From NCBI GenBank assembly GCA_964416155.1, contig CAYQCW010000003.1:32001-96000 (forward strand): a stretch of 64,000 nt of DNA, given 5' to 3'. This document shows, in pieces, positions 8,925-18,707 of this stretch. Below the pieces are notes generated by a model. It did no database searches, was not told the DNA's origin, and saw only the letters and a list, made by a program, of their open reading frames with translations. Position 1 is the stretch's first letter; each line of letters starts with the position of its first letter. Source of the stretch: an uncultured Nitrososphaerota archaeon (lineage in GTDB: Archaea; Thermoproteota; EX4484-205; JAAOZP01). The position numbers and the translations under genes are program-made.

Positions 8925-11900
8925 CGTTGTTCTCACTCCTGCTTAAGCCCCCTATATCAACATATACTTTAACCATTCCGGTGCCTGCGAAAATCTCTGA
9001 ACCCGCTAGAACCCGCTCCGTCATCCCGAGCAGCCTGTCCTCAGCGCCTGAGACCGCCCCTTCAACAAGAACCTGAACAGCCCTTTCGAAAGCAGCCTTG
9101 GCGAGCACGCTCTGCTTTCTCCCGCTTACACCATGTCTGCCTATCTGCTTTATCTCCCCGTCCTGTGTCATTGCGCTTGCAACAAGTGAAAGATGCCTCC
9201 AGTCAACGTCCAGCCCCTGCTCGTTAAGCGTCCTCCACATCTCGTTTATCAGGGCTGTCCTGGCAGCCTCAATGCCTAGCACGTTGGCGATCTCATGAAC
9301 GTCGTTGCTTATTGTTCTCGAATGATCCACCTCAGAAATGTTGAAAACCTCAGCCAGGTTGCTTCCCTCCGTTATTATGCAGTACTCACCACCCTCCTCC
9401 TTCAAGAGGACCCCTTTAACCTTTGTTACTCCGCTGACCGGCGTCTTCCTTATCTTGGACTCGAACTTCTGCGGGTCTGCCTTAATAGGTATCTCAAAAC
9501 TCCCGTCATTCTTAACGTTGAACTTCAAGCCGAGTGTTTCAAGAACTTTTTCAACATCCTTCTCCGAAAGCCCTCTTTCGCTGAGCCATTCTTTAACCGG
9601 GTGTATAACAAGATAGTCGTAAGCCGTTGTGGATTTCAAGCTTATCCTAGAAACGTCCTCAATAGTCGTGTAGACGAGTTTTCTAGCAACCCTCAGAGCC
9701 CTAGCGTAATCCTTGTTATACGGGCTTTTAAGGTAAACGGTCATCATGGGCGTCTTAGGCGTTTTCCTAGCGTCGAGCAACTCGATCAGCCTAGGCAGGC
9801 CGAGGGTCACGTTTGCCTCTCTAACCCCAGCGTAGTGGAACGTCCTAAGCGTCATCTGCGTTCCAGGCTCGCCTATGGATTGGGCTGCAACAACCCCGAC
9901 GCTTTCACCAGCCTCCACAAGCGCACGACGATACTCCCTCAATATCTGCTCAACCACTTTTCTAGCAGCCGGCTTCGATAATCCTTTGGAAACTATCGCG
10001 TGGAAAGCCTCCCTCTGAATGTTGACTGGTAGAAGCCTCCCGTACTCCTCGATTATTCTCTTGACTGTCTGCCTGTCCGCTGGCGTACCCTTCTTAACTG
10101 CCGAAAGCACGTATTCCTCCACTATTCTTTTCGCGTCGACGGACTTACCGTGGTCGCTTTTAGACGGATCAACCCCGTCCTCGCCATATATCACGTCAAC
10201 AATGTTCCCATAGGAGTCTCTGACGGTACCATCATATTCAACCCTAAGCGACTCCAGTGCGTGGATGAGCCTACGTTGGAGATACCCGCTCTGCTGCGTT
10301 CTGACGGCGGTGTCGACGAGGGACTCACGCCCACTCATGGAGTGGTAGAATAGCTCAACTGGAGATAGGCCAGCATAATAGTTAGACTTTACGAACCCTC
10401 TGGCAACTGGGCTGAGGTCGCCTTTGCGGAAGTGTGGCAACGGTCTTCCAACGTAACCCTTAAAGATTCTCTTGCCTCGGAGCGCTTGCTGGCCTAGGCA
10501 TCCGGATATCTGGCCCACGTTGAGGTCTGAGCCCCTTGCACCCGTTTTAGTCATTATGACCATGTTGTTATCCAGCCCGAGTGAGGAGGATACTAGGCTG
10601 CCTACCTTGCTCCTGACTTTCGAGAGAGCATCCATTATGTATGCTTCCAAGCTCTCCTCCTCGCTCATCCCAGGTATCCTCTTAATCCTCCCCTTGCTCC
10701 AGTCCTCCAGAAGACTGTTCACTTCAACGTCAGCCTGGTTGGCTTCTTTCTCAACCTGTTCCTGAACATCTTTTGGAAGGCTCACATCCCTGTAGCCGAA
10801 GCTGAATCCTCTTAGGAGCAGGAACTCCCTAACCATTTTCTGGAAGGAGGATATGAACCTGTGCCCCTCCTCAGCCCCATACTTCTTAATAATCCTGTGG
10901 AGAATCGTGTCAGCCTTCTCAGCCCCTATCGACGCCTTGTCTATTACTCCGGAAACCAGTTTCCCGTTTTTCACGATTATCTCAGCATCGTCTCTAGACG
11001 GGCCGCCTACGCTAGTCTTGTCAACATAGTTGAAATCTTCTTTGAAAAGAAGGCTGACCGCCTGTCTGCCTGACCACAGTGACACCGGCTTCTTAACCTC
11101 TGGCTCAGGAAGCTTACCCTCGTACCCCGCAGCGTAGACGATTCTCGCGAACTCCTCCTTAGTGAGATACGTGTCCTTTCTGGTTAGCAGGTAAGCCCCG
11201 GTTATGAAATCCCTTATGGCGCCCATTATGGGTGCGCCGTATCGCGGCGTCAAATAGTGTTTCTTGACTCCGAGAAGCATGCTCGTCTCAACATGAGCCT
11301 CGATGCTCTGTGGAACATGCAGGTTCATCTCGTCACCGTCGAAGTCAGCATTGTAAGGCGGGCAGACACTCGGATGCAGCCTGAAGGTTTTACCCGGGAG
11401 AACTTTCACCCTGTGCCCAAGCATTGAGAGACGGTGGAGCGAGGGCTGCCTGTTGAAGATTACGAAGTCCCCGTCGAGAAGGTGTCTTTCAACAATAAAC
11501 CCTATGTCAAGAGCCTCTGCGAGAGAATCCCTGTTCTCGACGAATTGAAGCTTATGCCTGGCACCGCTAGGCCTCACAACGTATTCTGAACCGGGATGTA
11601 TGAAAGGCCCGTTTCTAACAAGCTGAACCAACCAGTCTCTATTCCAATATGTAACCCTCTCCGGAACAGTAAGGATCTTAGCGACCTCCTCCGGAACCCC
11701 GACCTCGTCGATGCTCAGATATGGGTCTGGAGATATGACTGTCCTAGCTGAGAAGTCAACCCTCTTGCCGGAGAGGTTCTTCCTGAAGCGTCCCTCCTTA
11801 CCTTTCAGCCTCTGGGCGAGAGTTTTCAGGGTTTTACGTGTCCTGTGCTGAGCTGGAAGAATACCTACAGCCTCGTTGTCGAAATAGGTTGTAACATGGT

Positions 11901-12726
11901 ATTGTAGAAGATCCTCGTGATCCTGTATTATGAGCGGAGACGCACCGGACTCTATATACTCCCGTATCCTGCGCGCAGTCCTAACTATGTCTACAAGCTT
12001 ATGCGTCAAATCATCCTCAGATCTCTCCCCAGTTTCAAGTATTATTGAGGGCCTCACTTGGATAGGCGGCACCGGCAGAACCTCTATCACGTACCAAGCC
12101 GGATGGGCAACCTCAGGATCAATGTTTAGAAGCCTAAGGTCATCGTCAGGGATCCTGTTCAAACGCTCCCTTATGATCCTTGTGTTTAAAAGCCGTAGGA
12201 CGCCATCAGGATCCCTCTCGTAAAACCTGGTTGGCCGTTCCAGCTTAACCTGGTACTTGTCAGCACCGCAGTGGGAACACCTGTTGGATCTTCTCACCTC
12301 ATCCTTTATCTGATCGAAAATCTGGTCGGGAACAATGCCATAGTTCTCATCAAACTCCCTTATCTTCTCCCTGTAGTGGTTTATCCTCTCGTTAGGCAGG
12401 AGGATCCTGCCGCACTGCCTGCACGTGGACTGGAGAACCCTCTCTATCTCCCTTGCGAAAGAAACATGTATGACTGGAACCGGTAGCTCAATATGGCCGA
12501 AGTGCCCGGGACACTTGTCCGGAAGGTTTCCGCATGTCTTACACCTCTGTCTAGGCTCTATCGTGCCGAGCCTAGTGTCCATAACCCCCCCGGGGACGGA
12601 TAGACCATCCTGATCGTAAGTCTCATCCGTAGTGACCTCCATTACCGAGAGTCTTCTGATCTCCGCCGGGGAAAGAACCCCGAACTTTATCGAGTCTACC
12701 TGCTTTATCTCAACCTCCTGGCTCAT
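8890..12726 (-). CDS. rpoA: RNA polymerase subunit Rpo1 (A' and A'' fused)
   Basis: NADFDGDEMN catalytic motif, CPGHFGHIEL and the A'' motif AAQSIGEPGTQMTLRTFH in one 1278-aa ORF. Confidence 0.98.
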   Translation of the reverse strand: MSQEVEIKQVDSIKFGVLSPAEIRRLSVMEVTTDETYDQDGLSVPGGVMDTRLGTIEPRQRCKTCGNLPDKCPGHFGHIELPVPVIHVSFAREIERVLQSTCRQCGRILLPNERINHYREKIREFDENYGIVPDQIFDQIKDEVRRSNRCSHCGADKYQVKLERPTRFYERDPDGVLRLLNTRIIRERLNRIPDDDLRLLNIDPEVAHPAWYVIEVLPVPPIQVRPSIILETGERSEDDLTHKLVDIVRTARRIREYIESGASPLIIQDHEDLLQYHVTTYFDNEAVGILPAQHRTRKTLKTLAQRLKGKEGRFRKNLSGKRVDFSARTVISPDPYLSIDEVGVPEEVAKILTVPERVTYWNRDWLVQLVRNGPFIHPGSEYVVRPSGARHKLQFVENRDSLAEALDIGFIVERHLLDGDFVIFNRQPSLHRLSMLGHRVKVLPGKTFRLHPSVCPPYNADFDGDEMNLHVPQSIEAHVETSMLLGVKKHYLTPRYGAPIMGAIRDFITGAYLLTRKDTYLTKEEFARIVYAAGYEGKLPEPEVKKPVSLWSGRQAVSLLFKEDFNYVDKTSVGGPSRDDAEIIVKNGKLVSGVIDKASIGAEKADTILHRIIKKYGAEEGHRFISSFQKMVREFLLLRGFSFGYRDVSLPKDVQEQVEKEANQADVEVNSLLEDWSKGRIKRIPGMSEEESLEAYIMDALSKVRSKVGSLVSSSLGLDNNMVIMTKTGARGSDLNVGQISGCLGQQALRGKRIFKGYVGRPLPHFRKGDLSPVARGFVKSNYYAGLSPVELFYHSMSGRESLVDTAVRTQQSGYLQRRLIHALESLRVEYDGTVRDSYGNIVDVIYGEDGVDPSKSDHGKSVDAKRIVEEYVLSAVKKGTPADRQTVKRIIEEYGRLLPVNIQREAFHAIVSKGLSKPAARKVVEQILREYRRALVEAGESVGVVAAQSIGEPGTQMTLRTFHYAGVREANVTLGLPRLIELLDARKTPKTPMMTVYLKSPYNKDYARALRVARKLVYTTIEDVSRISLKSTTAYDYLVIHPVKEWLSERGLSEKDVEKVLETLGLKFNVKNDGSFEIPIKADPQKFESKIRKTPVSGVTKVKGVLLKEEGGEYCIITEGSNLAEVFNISEVDHSRTISNDVHEIANVLGIEAARTALINEMWRTLNEQGLDVDWRHLSLVASAMTQDGEIKQIGRHGVSGRKQSVLAKAAFERAVQVLVEGAVSGAEDRLLGMTERVLAGSEIFAGTGMVKVYVDIGGLSRSENNDGGESVAEQQA

Positions 12727-12728
12727 TC

Positions 12729-15700
12729 CTAAACCCTCTCCCTAACCTTGAGCCTCGGGAAAATCCCTAGACTCATCAACTCTTGAAGTAGAAGCTTGAA
12801 CGCGTATGATATTTCGATCCCGCTTACGTCTTTCCCCTTCTCGCAGAGCGGGCACACGTATTTCTTCTGCCTAGCGTCGTAATAGGCGAATGTCCCGCAC
12901 TTCTCGCAGACATGCACGATCGTCCTGTCGGACTCTTCGAGAAGCCTGTCTTGAAGCAGCCTGGCAGCACCATGCCCGACGAGACAGTCTCTTTCCATTT
13001 CTCCGAACCTTAAGCCTCCTCCTCTAGATCTTCCCTCAGTAGGCTGGTGAGTAAGCATCTGAACCTGCCCCCTGGCTCTAGCATGCATCTTATCCTTAAC
13101 CATGTGGTGAAGCCTCTGGTAATACACTATGCCCATGAAAACCTTCGCCTTAAACCGTTTCCCAGTGACACCGTCTATGAAGTTGAACTCGCCGTATGGT
13201 GAGAAGCCGTGTGCCTCCAGAATCCTCTGAACCTCCTGCTCGGGAGCATGTATGAACGTCGTCCCATCCATCTGTCTGCCCTCCAAGGCTGCGGCAGTGC
13301 CGAAGAGAGACTCAAGGAAGTGGCTTATAGTCATTCTGGAGGGTATTGCATGGGGATTTATCAAAGCGTCCGGAACCAAGCCGTCTTCCGTGAAAGGCAT
13401 GTCGGGCTGCGGGACCAGCATCCCCACAACACCTTTCTGTCCAGATCTAGACGCAAACTTGTCTCCTATTTCGGAAATCCTGTGGCTTCTCATCCTCACT
13501 TTTATCAGCTTATTGTTTTCAAGATCCTCGGTTATGAGAACACTGTCGACAAAGCCGCTTTCAGAAGGCTTGAGCGCCACTGAGGAGTCTCTCCTAGCCG
13601 GAGCCTGGAAAACAAGCTCCTTATATTCTTCAAAGAACCTTGGTGGGCTTGACCTTCCAACTATAACGTCCCCACCTTTAACCTCGGCTTCAACAGACAC
13701 TATTCCGTCTTCCTCGATCTTCGCATACGCTTCGTCACCCCTGTATCCCCTAACCTGGGAGTCAGGCTTCTCTATCCTGTCAACCTCCCCCATTGGATAC
13801 CTCCTTGCTTCAACCTCGTACGACCTGTATGTGGTTGACCTTGCAAGCCCACGCTGGACTGAGGCGGCGTTCAAAACTATAGCGTCCTCCATGTTGTACG
13901 GATGCGACATCACTGCCACTAGGAAGTTTTGGCCTATAGGCCTCCTATCTAGACCTATGATCCTGTCGACCTTTGAAGCCACAAGCGGGAGCTGCGGGTA
14001 AGTAGTAACGTGGAAAGTAGTGTAGAACGAGTTGCTGATGTTGGTGAAAGGAAGCCCGAGGGCCTGCTTAGCCATAGCAGCCTCGTAAGTGTTTCTTGGA
14101 GAATGGTTGTGCTCCGCAAACGGGACTGAGGCGGAGACAACGCCGAAAACAAGGAGCGGAGATATTTCTAGATGAGTTGTATCCTCCCTAATATCTCTAA
14201 CGGATGCTGCTATGACAGCGTTCTCCTCCTCGTCAGCATCCAGAAAATCTATTATACCGTTGCCCACAAGGTCGTCGAAGGTTATCTTGCCCAATGCAAG
14301 CTTAGAAACATGATCCTTCGTAAGCTTCACCAAGCCGTCTTCCACAACTATTAAAGGCCTCCTGACCCTCCCAGCGTCAGCATTAATATAGATCTCTTTA
14401 ACAACCCTACCTCCATAGTTGAACTCGTAATATGCAACGTTTATCTCTGAAGGCAGCAGCCCCCTCCTCCTCAGGCTCCTAATCTCCCTGACAAGGGCTT
14501 CGCCGGAGTAAGAATAGCCGACCAGGATGCCGTCTAAAAATATTTTGGCAGCTGATGAACGTTCATCCGGACCAGCTTTATCAATGGTTACTAGGCCAAA
14601 TTTTAAGAGTATTTTCTCAACAGCAGATTTATCTACGGAAACAGATATTTGCGCACCTATGCTCATGTTCTTAACAAGCCCACAATTCACTCCCTCAGGC
14701 GTCTCATTTGGGTCAAGCTTACCCCATTGCGTCGGATGCAAATCCCTAGCGTCAAAGTTCGACTGGCTCCTGCTCAGGGGCGACTGGACTCTGCGCAGAT
14801 GGCTCAGGACAGACAGGTAGTTCGTCCTGTCTAGGAGTTGAGTAACCCCAACCAGCCTCTTACCCCAGTTACCGGTAGCCATAGCCTGGTTTATGGAGTC
14901 GGTTATCAGGCTTGTCGTGATCAGGTTTGAAAAAGAGTGGACGATTCTATGCCTCAAGCTGGATTTTTCAAGCTGGTATCTGAAGTCTCTAACCATTCTT
15001 CGGAAGGCTGTTCTGAAGAGCTCTGCCAAGAGGCCTCCTGCAAGCCTAATCCTCTTATTCCTGTAGTGATCCTTGTCGTCAGGCGGCCGCCACCCTAGTT
15101 TCATAGCGAGAACCCTCTCAGCCATCTCGCACAGGAAAAGAGCCTTCGCATGCCTAAAATTCTCATCCAGCCCCACGTGTGGCAGGAGAATCTTATCCAA
15201 AACATTCTGAGTCTTGTTTAAACGAACCTTGTCCGACTGGCCGTAGGCAACCCTGTTTCCAATATACATTATAGCGTCCTCCTTGCTCAAGATATTCTGA
15301 GCAGCGTCGAAAGAAGGTGCTAAAAGCTCCTGTATTTCTGGGAATGGTGAAACACGCTCAGCAATCTCCCTGTCAGACTCCATTCCAAGGGCTTTCAGCA
15401 TTATGATGAAGGGAACCTCCTGTCCGACGCCTGGAAGATACACTTTCAACTCGTTGCTCTGACCTTTCAGCCTGACTTCAACCCTAGTTCTGTAGCCGAC
15501 GGTTGTTGAGAAAACACGTGCAATGTAGAAGGAGTATGGGCCTATCTTCTTCTCCTCGAGAATTATCCTGTTTGGAGCAAGATCCTCAACGCCGACTATA
15601 ACCCTTTCTGAACCGTTAATTATGAAGTAGCCTCCCGGGTCGTAAGGGTCTTCTCCGAGCTTAACCCTGACTGCTTGGTCTACACCGGCGAGCACGCAAT

Positions 15701-16082
15701 ACCTGGAGTTAACCATTATCGGCATCTCTCCTATTAAAACCTCCTGTCTAATCTCCCGGCCGTCCTTCAGCTCCTTAACCTCCATGAAGATTTGGGCGGC
15801 GTAAGTGAAGTTCCTAACCCTAGCTTCCATCGGGTAAATGTTTCTAACTGCGCCGCTGGGTTCAACAATCCTCGGCGCGCCAACCCACACTCTACCGAGC
15901 TCTATTCTGATAACCTTATCTTCAACAGTAACCTCAATTTTCTTAACCTCGTCCACGATCTTCTGCATATCCTTATCGATAAACTCGTTGAAAGAATCTA
16001 TGTGGTGTCTAGCCAGCCCGATGCTCCTAACATAGTTCTCCGCAACTATCCAGAGGTCCTCGTTACTAAGCTCCTCAGCCAT
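12729..16082 (-). CDS. rpoB: RNA polymerase subunit Rpo2 (B, unsplit)
   Basis: GGYFIINGSERV, GDKFASRSGQKG, GGLRFGEMERDC; ATG at 16082 preferred over TTG at 16091. Confidence 0.98.
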   Translation of the reverse strand: MAEELSNEDLWIVAENYVRSIGLARHHIDSFNEFIDKDMQKIVDEVKKIEVTVEDKVIRIELGRVWVGAPRIVEPSGAVRNIYPMEARVRNFTYAAQIFMEVKELKDGREIRQEVLIGEMPIMVNSRYCVLAGVDQAVRVKLGEDPYDPGGYFIINGSERVIVGVEDLAPNRIILEEKKIGPYSFYIARVFSTTVGYRTRVEVRLKGQSNELKVYLPGVGQEVPFIIMLKALGMESDREIAERVSPFPEIQELLAPSFDAAQNILSKEDAIMYIGNRVAYGQSDKVRLNKTQNVLDKILLPHVGLDENFRHAKALFLCEMAERVLAMKLGWRPPDDKDHYRNKRIRLAGGLLAELFRTAFRRMVRDFRYQLEKSSLRHRIVHSFSNLITTSLITDSINQAMATGNWGKRLVGVTQLLDRTNYLSVLSHLRRVQSPLSRSQSNFDARDLHPTQWGKLDPNETPEGVNCGLVKNMSIGAQISVSVDKSAVEKILLKFGLVTIDKAGPDERSSAAKIFLDGILVGYSYSGEALVREIRSLRRRGLLPSEINVAYYEFNYGGRVVKEIYINADAGRVRRPLIVVEDGLVKLTKDHVSKLALGKITFDDLVGNGIIDFLDADEEENAVIAASVRDIREDTTHLEISPLLVFGVVSASVPFAEHNHSPRNTYEAAMAKQALGLPFTNISNSFYTTFHVTTYPQLPLVASKVDRIIGLDRRPIGQNFLVAVMSHPYNMEDAIVLNAASVQRGLARSTTYRSYEVEARRYPMGEVDRIEKPDSQVRGYRGDEAYAKIEEDGIVSVEAEVKGGDVIVGRSSPPRFFEEYKELVFQAPARRDSSVALKPSESGFVDSVLITEDLENNKLIKVRMRSHRISEIGDKFASRSGQKGVVGMLVPQPDMPFTEDGLVPDALINPHAIPSRMTISHFLESLFGTAAALEGRQMDGTTFIHAPEQEVQRILEAHGFSPYGEFNFIDGVTGKRFKAKVFMGIVYYQRLHHMVKDKMHARARGQVQMLTHQPTEGRSRGGGLRFGEMERDCLVGHGAARLLQDRLLEESDRTIVHVCEKCGTFAYYDARQKKYVCPLCEKGKDVSGIEISYAFKLLLQELMSLGIFPRLKVRERV

Positions 16083-16096
16083 GCTGTTCAAACCGC

Positions 16097-16354
16097 CTAA
16101 TCCTCCACCACGATGCGGTAAGCCAGGGTTGCTCCGGCAACCGGGCTCTTTCTGGTTATTTCAAGAATGTCTCCCGGCTTAGCGCCGATTGCAACCGCCA
16201 CAGGGTCGCTGGCGAGGATCTTGGGAAGTTGGGAAGGCTTTATGTTGTACTTTCTGAGGAACATCTCCCTTTCTTCGCTTGACAAAACCTTGTGAGAAGG
16301 CACTAAAACATGTTCGAGTATGTTCACTTTACTAATGTTTTTCTTACTAACCAA
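16097..16354 (-). CDS. rpoH: RNA polymerase subunit Rpo5 (H)
   Basis: HVLVPSH..QLPKI..DPV..GAKPGDI.EITRKS. Confidence 0.97.
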   Translation of the reverse strand: MVSKKNISKVNILEHVLVPSHKVLSSEEREMFLRKYNIKPSQLPKILASDPVAVAIGAKPGDILEITRKSPVAGATLAYRIVVED

Positions 16355-16525
16355 GCGATTTCGTCAGGATACCGAAAAAGGGGGGTAATAAACGTTTCCC
16401 CGGGTGCTTCGCGTGTTAAGCCGGCGGGGCCAGGCCTTGGGAAAACCTTTTTAGAAGGTCCTTTAGGCCACCTGACGCGGAAAGTGGAAAAAGTTAAAAA
16501 ACACCCTTATGCAGGAGAATCCGGC

Positions 16526-16669
16526 CCCGCGGTAGCTCAGCCTGGTAGGGTAGCTTAGCATGCTGCGCCGAAAGCTTCCGGCTGTAGTCCTCCACCTCGA
16601 GTGGAGGCGTCTCAGCCTACCGGGCGAACAGAAACCGGAGTGTCGCTGGTTCAAATCCAGCCCGCGGGA
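16526..16669 (+). tRNA. tRNA-Tyr(GTA) with two introns: 22/23 (16549-16572, 24 nt) and 37/38 (16588-16633, 46 nt)
   Basis: Acceptor CCCGCGG/CCGCGGG+A with C1-G72; anticodon arm TCCGG-CTGTAGA-CCGGA after splicing; T arm GCTGG-TTCAAAT-CCAGC; both junctions form BHB-like motifs. Confidence 0.92.
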
Positions 16670-16790
16670 TTTTTCACAGGGGCCTCAAGTATTCTTAAAG
16701 CCTAGCACGCGCTAGTGGCAGGAGTCTGTTTAACGGCCATATGAGGCTAACGTTAATGCTTAAATACTGTTATGAACAACGCTCCCAGAG

Positions 16791-17114
16791 ATGACACGAA
16801 CCGGAAAGACTCAAGAAGTGTTCAAGGCAAGGATTTTCGAAGCATTTAGTGATCCAGCTAGGCTGAAGATAATCGACTTTCTGAGAGATGGCGGGAAGTG
16901 CGTCAGTGAGATCGCTGGGAAAACAGGGATCCTTCAGCCATCGGTTTCCCGGCATTTAAAGATTCTGAAAGGGTGTGGAATAGTTAAGGAGAGTAAGCTC
17001 GGGAGTAAGAGGGTCTACAGGATTACTGATCCCAGAATATTCAGAATCGTCGATTCCTTAGACTCACGCCTAGAGGAGAGCTTGAAAAAGCAGATTTACG
17101 AGAGCATTATTTGA
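16791..17114 (+). CDS. ArsR/SmtB family transcriptional regulator
   Basis: FEAFSDPARLKII..KCVSEI..QPSVSRHLKILK. Confidence 0.9.
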   Translation: MTRTGKTQEVFKARIFEAFSDPARLKIIDFLRDGGKCVSEIAGKTGILQPSVSRHLKILKGCGIVKESKLGSKRVYRITDPRIFRIVDSLDSRLEESLKKQIYESII

Positions 17115-17361
17115 ATCCGGTACATCGCGACAGCCTCGTGTTGTAAAACCTTAAAGGCCTTATTTTCCACTTCCACCTTCAACCTCTCAGATTTTCAAAC
17201 CGGGAGCGTAATTCAATCCTTCTCCATCCGATAGATGTTGAGCCAGCCCCTGTTCTCATCTCGTGGGAACAGGAAGCATAGACGGCCTACCTTCAGCAAT
17301 ATGGGACGCTGAATAATAGGGGGGAAAGAGATCCGTCGTAAACTTAAATAAAAAATCTCCA

Positions 17362-17925
17362 TTATGCTTTCCACCATTTTGAAACCAAGTATTTAACACT
17401 GTTCCCATCTGGGTCTGAGATCGCGAAGACGAATAGTTTTTTAACAGAGGTCGCGAGCCTTCCTGCTCTGACGAAGTCCGGAGCATCTATCTTGTCCCCC
17501 TTCCTCTTAACCTCCAGTATTGCGGGCGCATGGTCTATCCCTGGGCCGTGCTCGTAGATCGCGAAGTCACATCCGAATTTAATGCCAGGCGTAACTATGA
17601 ATCCTCTGTTCCTAAGATCCCTGTAAACTATAAACTTGCTTTTAAAATCCTCGTGAATCCTCGAGGCTACCCTAAGCAGCTGTTCGAAGGAAACCTCCTG
17701 GTCATCCCTGTCCACAACTCTTATAATTCCTTTCTCCAAAAGATACAATCCCTCGAAAAGATCGAGGGTAAGGGGAGCGTTGAAGTCCGAGTCCTTCGGC
17801 TTAGGTATTCCCACCGGTTTCCCGAAAAACCCCGCACGGTAGACTTCTCGAGAATGTTCGATGTTCCATATTATCAGGCGGTCGCCAACGAGTTCAGCAG
17901 TTATCTTCGCCTGTTCACCTTCCAA
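17362..17925 (-). CDS. endA: tRNA-splicing endonuclease, catalytic alpha subunit
   Basis: VYRDLRNRG..GIKFGCDFAIY..GIDHAP..RLATSVKK (Tyr/His/Lys triad); N-terminal FFGKPVGIPKPK loop. Confidence 0.95.
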   Translation of the reverse strand: MEGEQAKITAELVGDRLIIWNIEHSREVYRAGFFGKPVGIPKPKDSDFNAPLTLDLFEGLYLLEKGIIRVVDRDDQEVSFEQLLRVASRIHEDFKSKFIVYRDLRNRGFIVTPGIKFGCDFAIYEHGPGIDHAPAILEVKRKGDKIDAPDFVRAGRLATSVKKLFVFAISDPDGNSVKYLVSKWWKA

Positions 17926-17940
17926 TCCTCAAACCCCTTC

Positions 17941-18600
17941 CTAGAAGACGCTTAGAGAAAGTACTCTCGCAGCGTCAGCAGCGTCAGCAGACCTGTCCGC
18001 AATCTCCTCGATAAGGTTTGCAACATCCTTAAGGAGAAGAATTGTTGAAACATCGGTCTTTGAAAATATTATTTTTATCTCTAGGGCTCTGAACAGGCTG
18101 TCTATCTCCTTCTCATACGCTTCAACGTTCCTGGCGAACTCCTCTATTTTCGAGGTTTCGAAACCCAGCGTGAAAATAACTTCCCTAAGCCTCATAACGG
18201 TTTCAAGAGTTTTTGCAACCAGTTCTTTAAACCCTTCTCTAAGACCCTTCTCAATAGGCTTCTTCCTAAGGAAGAATTCTCTAAGCCTGAACACGACCCC
18301 CTCACATAGATCAGGTATCCCTGTTAACGGAGCTGCTAGCCTCAGGAAATCCTCCCTGCTAGCCATTATGGCTCCCGCTTCAACAAGCTCGTTAGCCAGT
18401 GTTCTCTCCGCCTCTATCGACTTGTTCTTAAGAATGCTTATGTTCGTTAAGGCCTCGTCGAGCCTCGAAGTATCGTCGTCGAGACAAGCTGTAACAAGGT
18501 TATTGACCTCTCTAACAGAATCAACAGCGTATCTGGCCAGCTCCTGGCACGTTTGAAGGAGCTGCCTCTTAAGCCTAAGGGTTGTCTCAGTAGGGTACAT
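17941..18600 (-). CDS. DUF47 family (PhoU-like) phosphate transport regulator
   Basis: All-helical; REDFLRL..D, EKEID, EEIADRSADAAD. Confidence 0.75.
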   Translation of the reverse strand: MYPTETTLRLKRQLLQTCQELARYAVDSVREVNNLVTACLDDDTSRLDEALTNISILKNKSIEAERTLANELVEAGAIMASREDFLRLAAPLTGIPDLCEGVVFRLREFFLRKKPIEKGLREGFKELVAKTLETVMRLREVIFTLGFETSKIEEFARNVEAYEKEIDSLFRALEIKIIFSKTDVSTILLLKDVANLIEEIADRSADAADAARVLSLSVF

Positions 18601-18707
18601 CTTTCAGACTATCCTGTCCTACCTAATACTGTCTTCCAGAGTTTTAAGCTTTTTCAAGCCTATTCCAACCCACGTGATTTTTACAGCTGTTAACCATCTT
18701 TCACGGG

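Noticed and set aside
9098-16100. Many antisense ORFs over rpoA and rpoB (up to 249 aa), and similar ones over other core genes
   Set aside because: Shadow ORFs of conserved genes with no recognizable motifs
16588-16633. tRNA-Tyr 46-nt intron as an intron-encoded C/D guide RNA
   Set aside because: Lacks C and D boxes; only simple hairpins
16310-16654. ORFs 16310-16558 and 16463-16654
   Set aside because: They overlap rpoH, promoter DNA and the tRNA-Tyr gene; no protein motifs
17115-17361. Possible small ORF or ncRNA between arsR and endA
   Set aside because: Only short reading frames without motifs and no stable structure recognized
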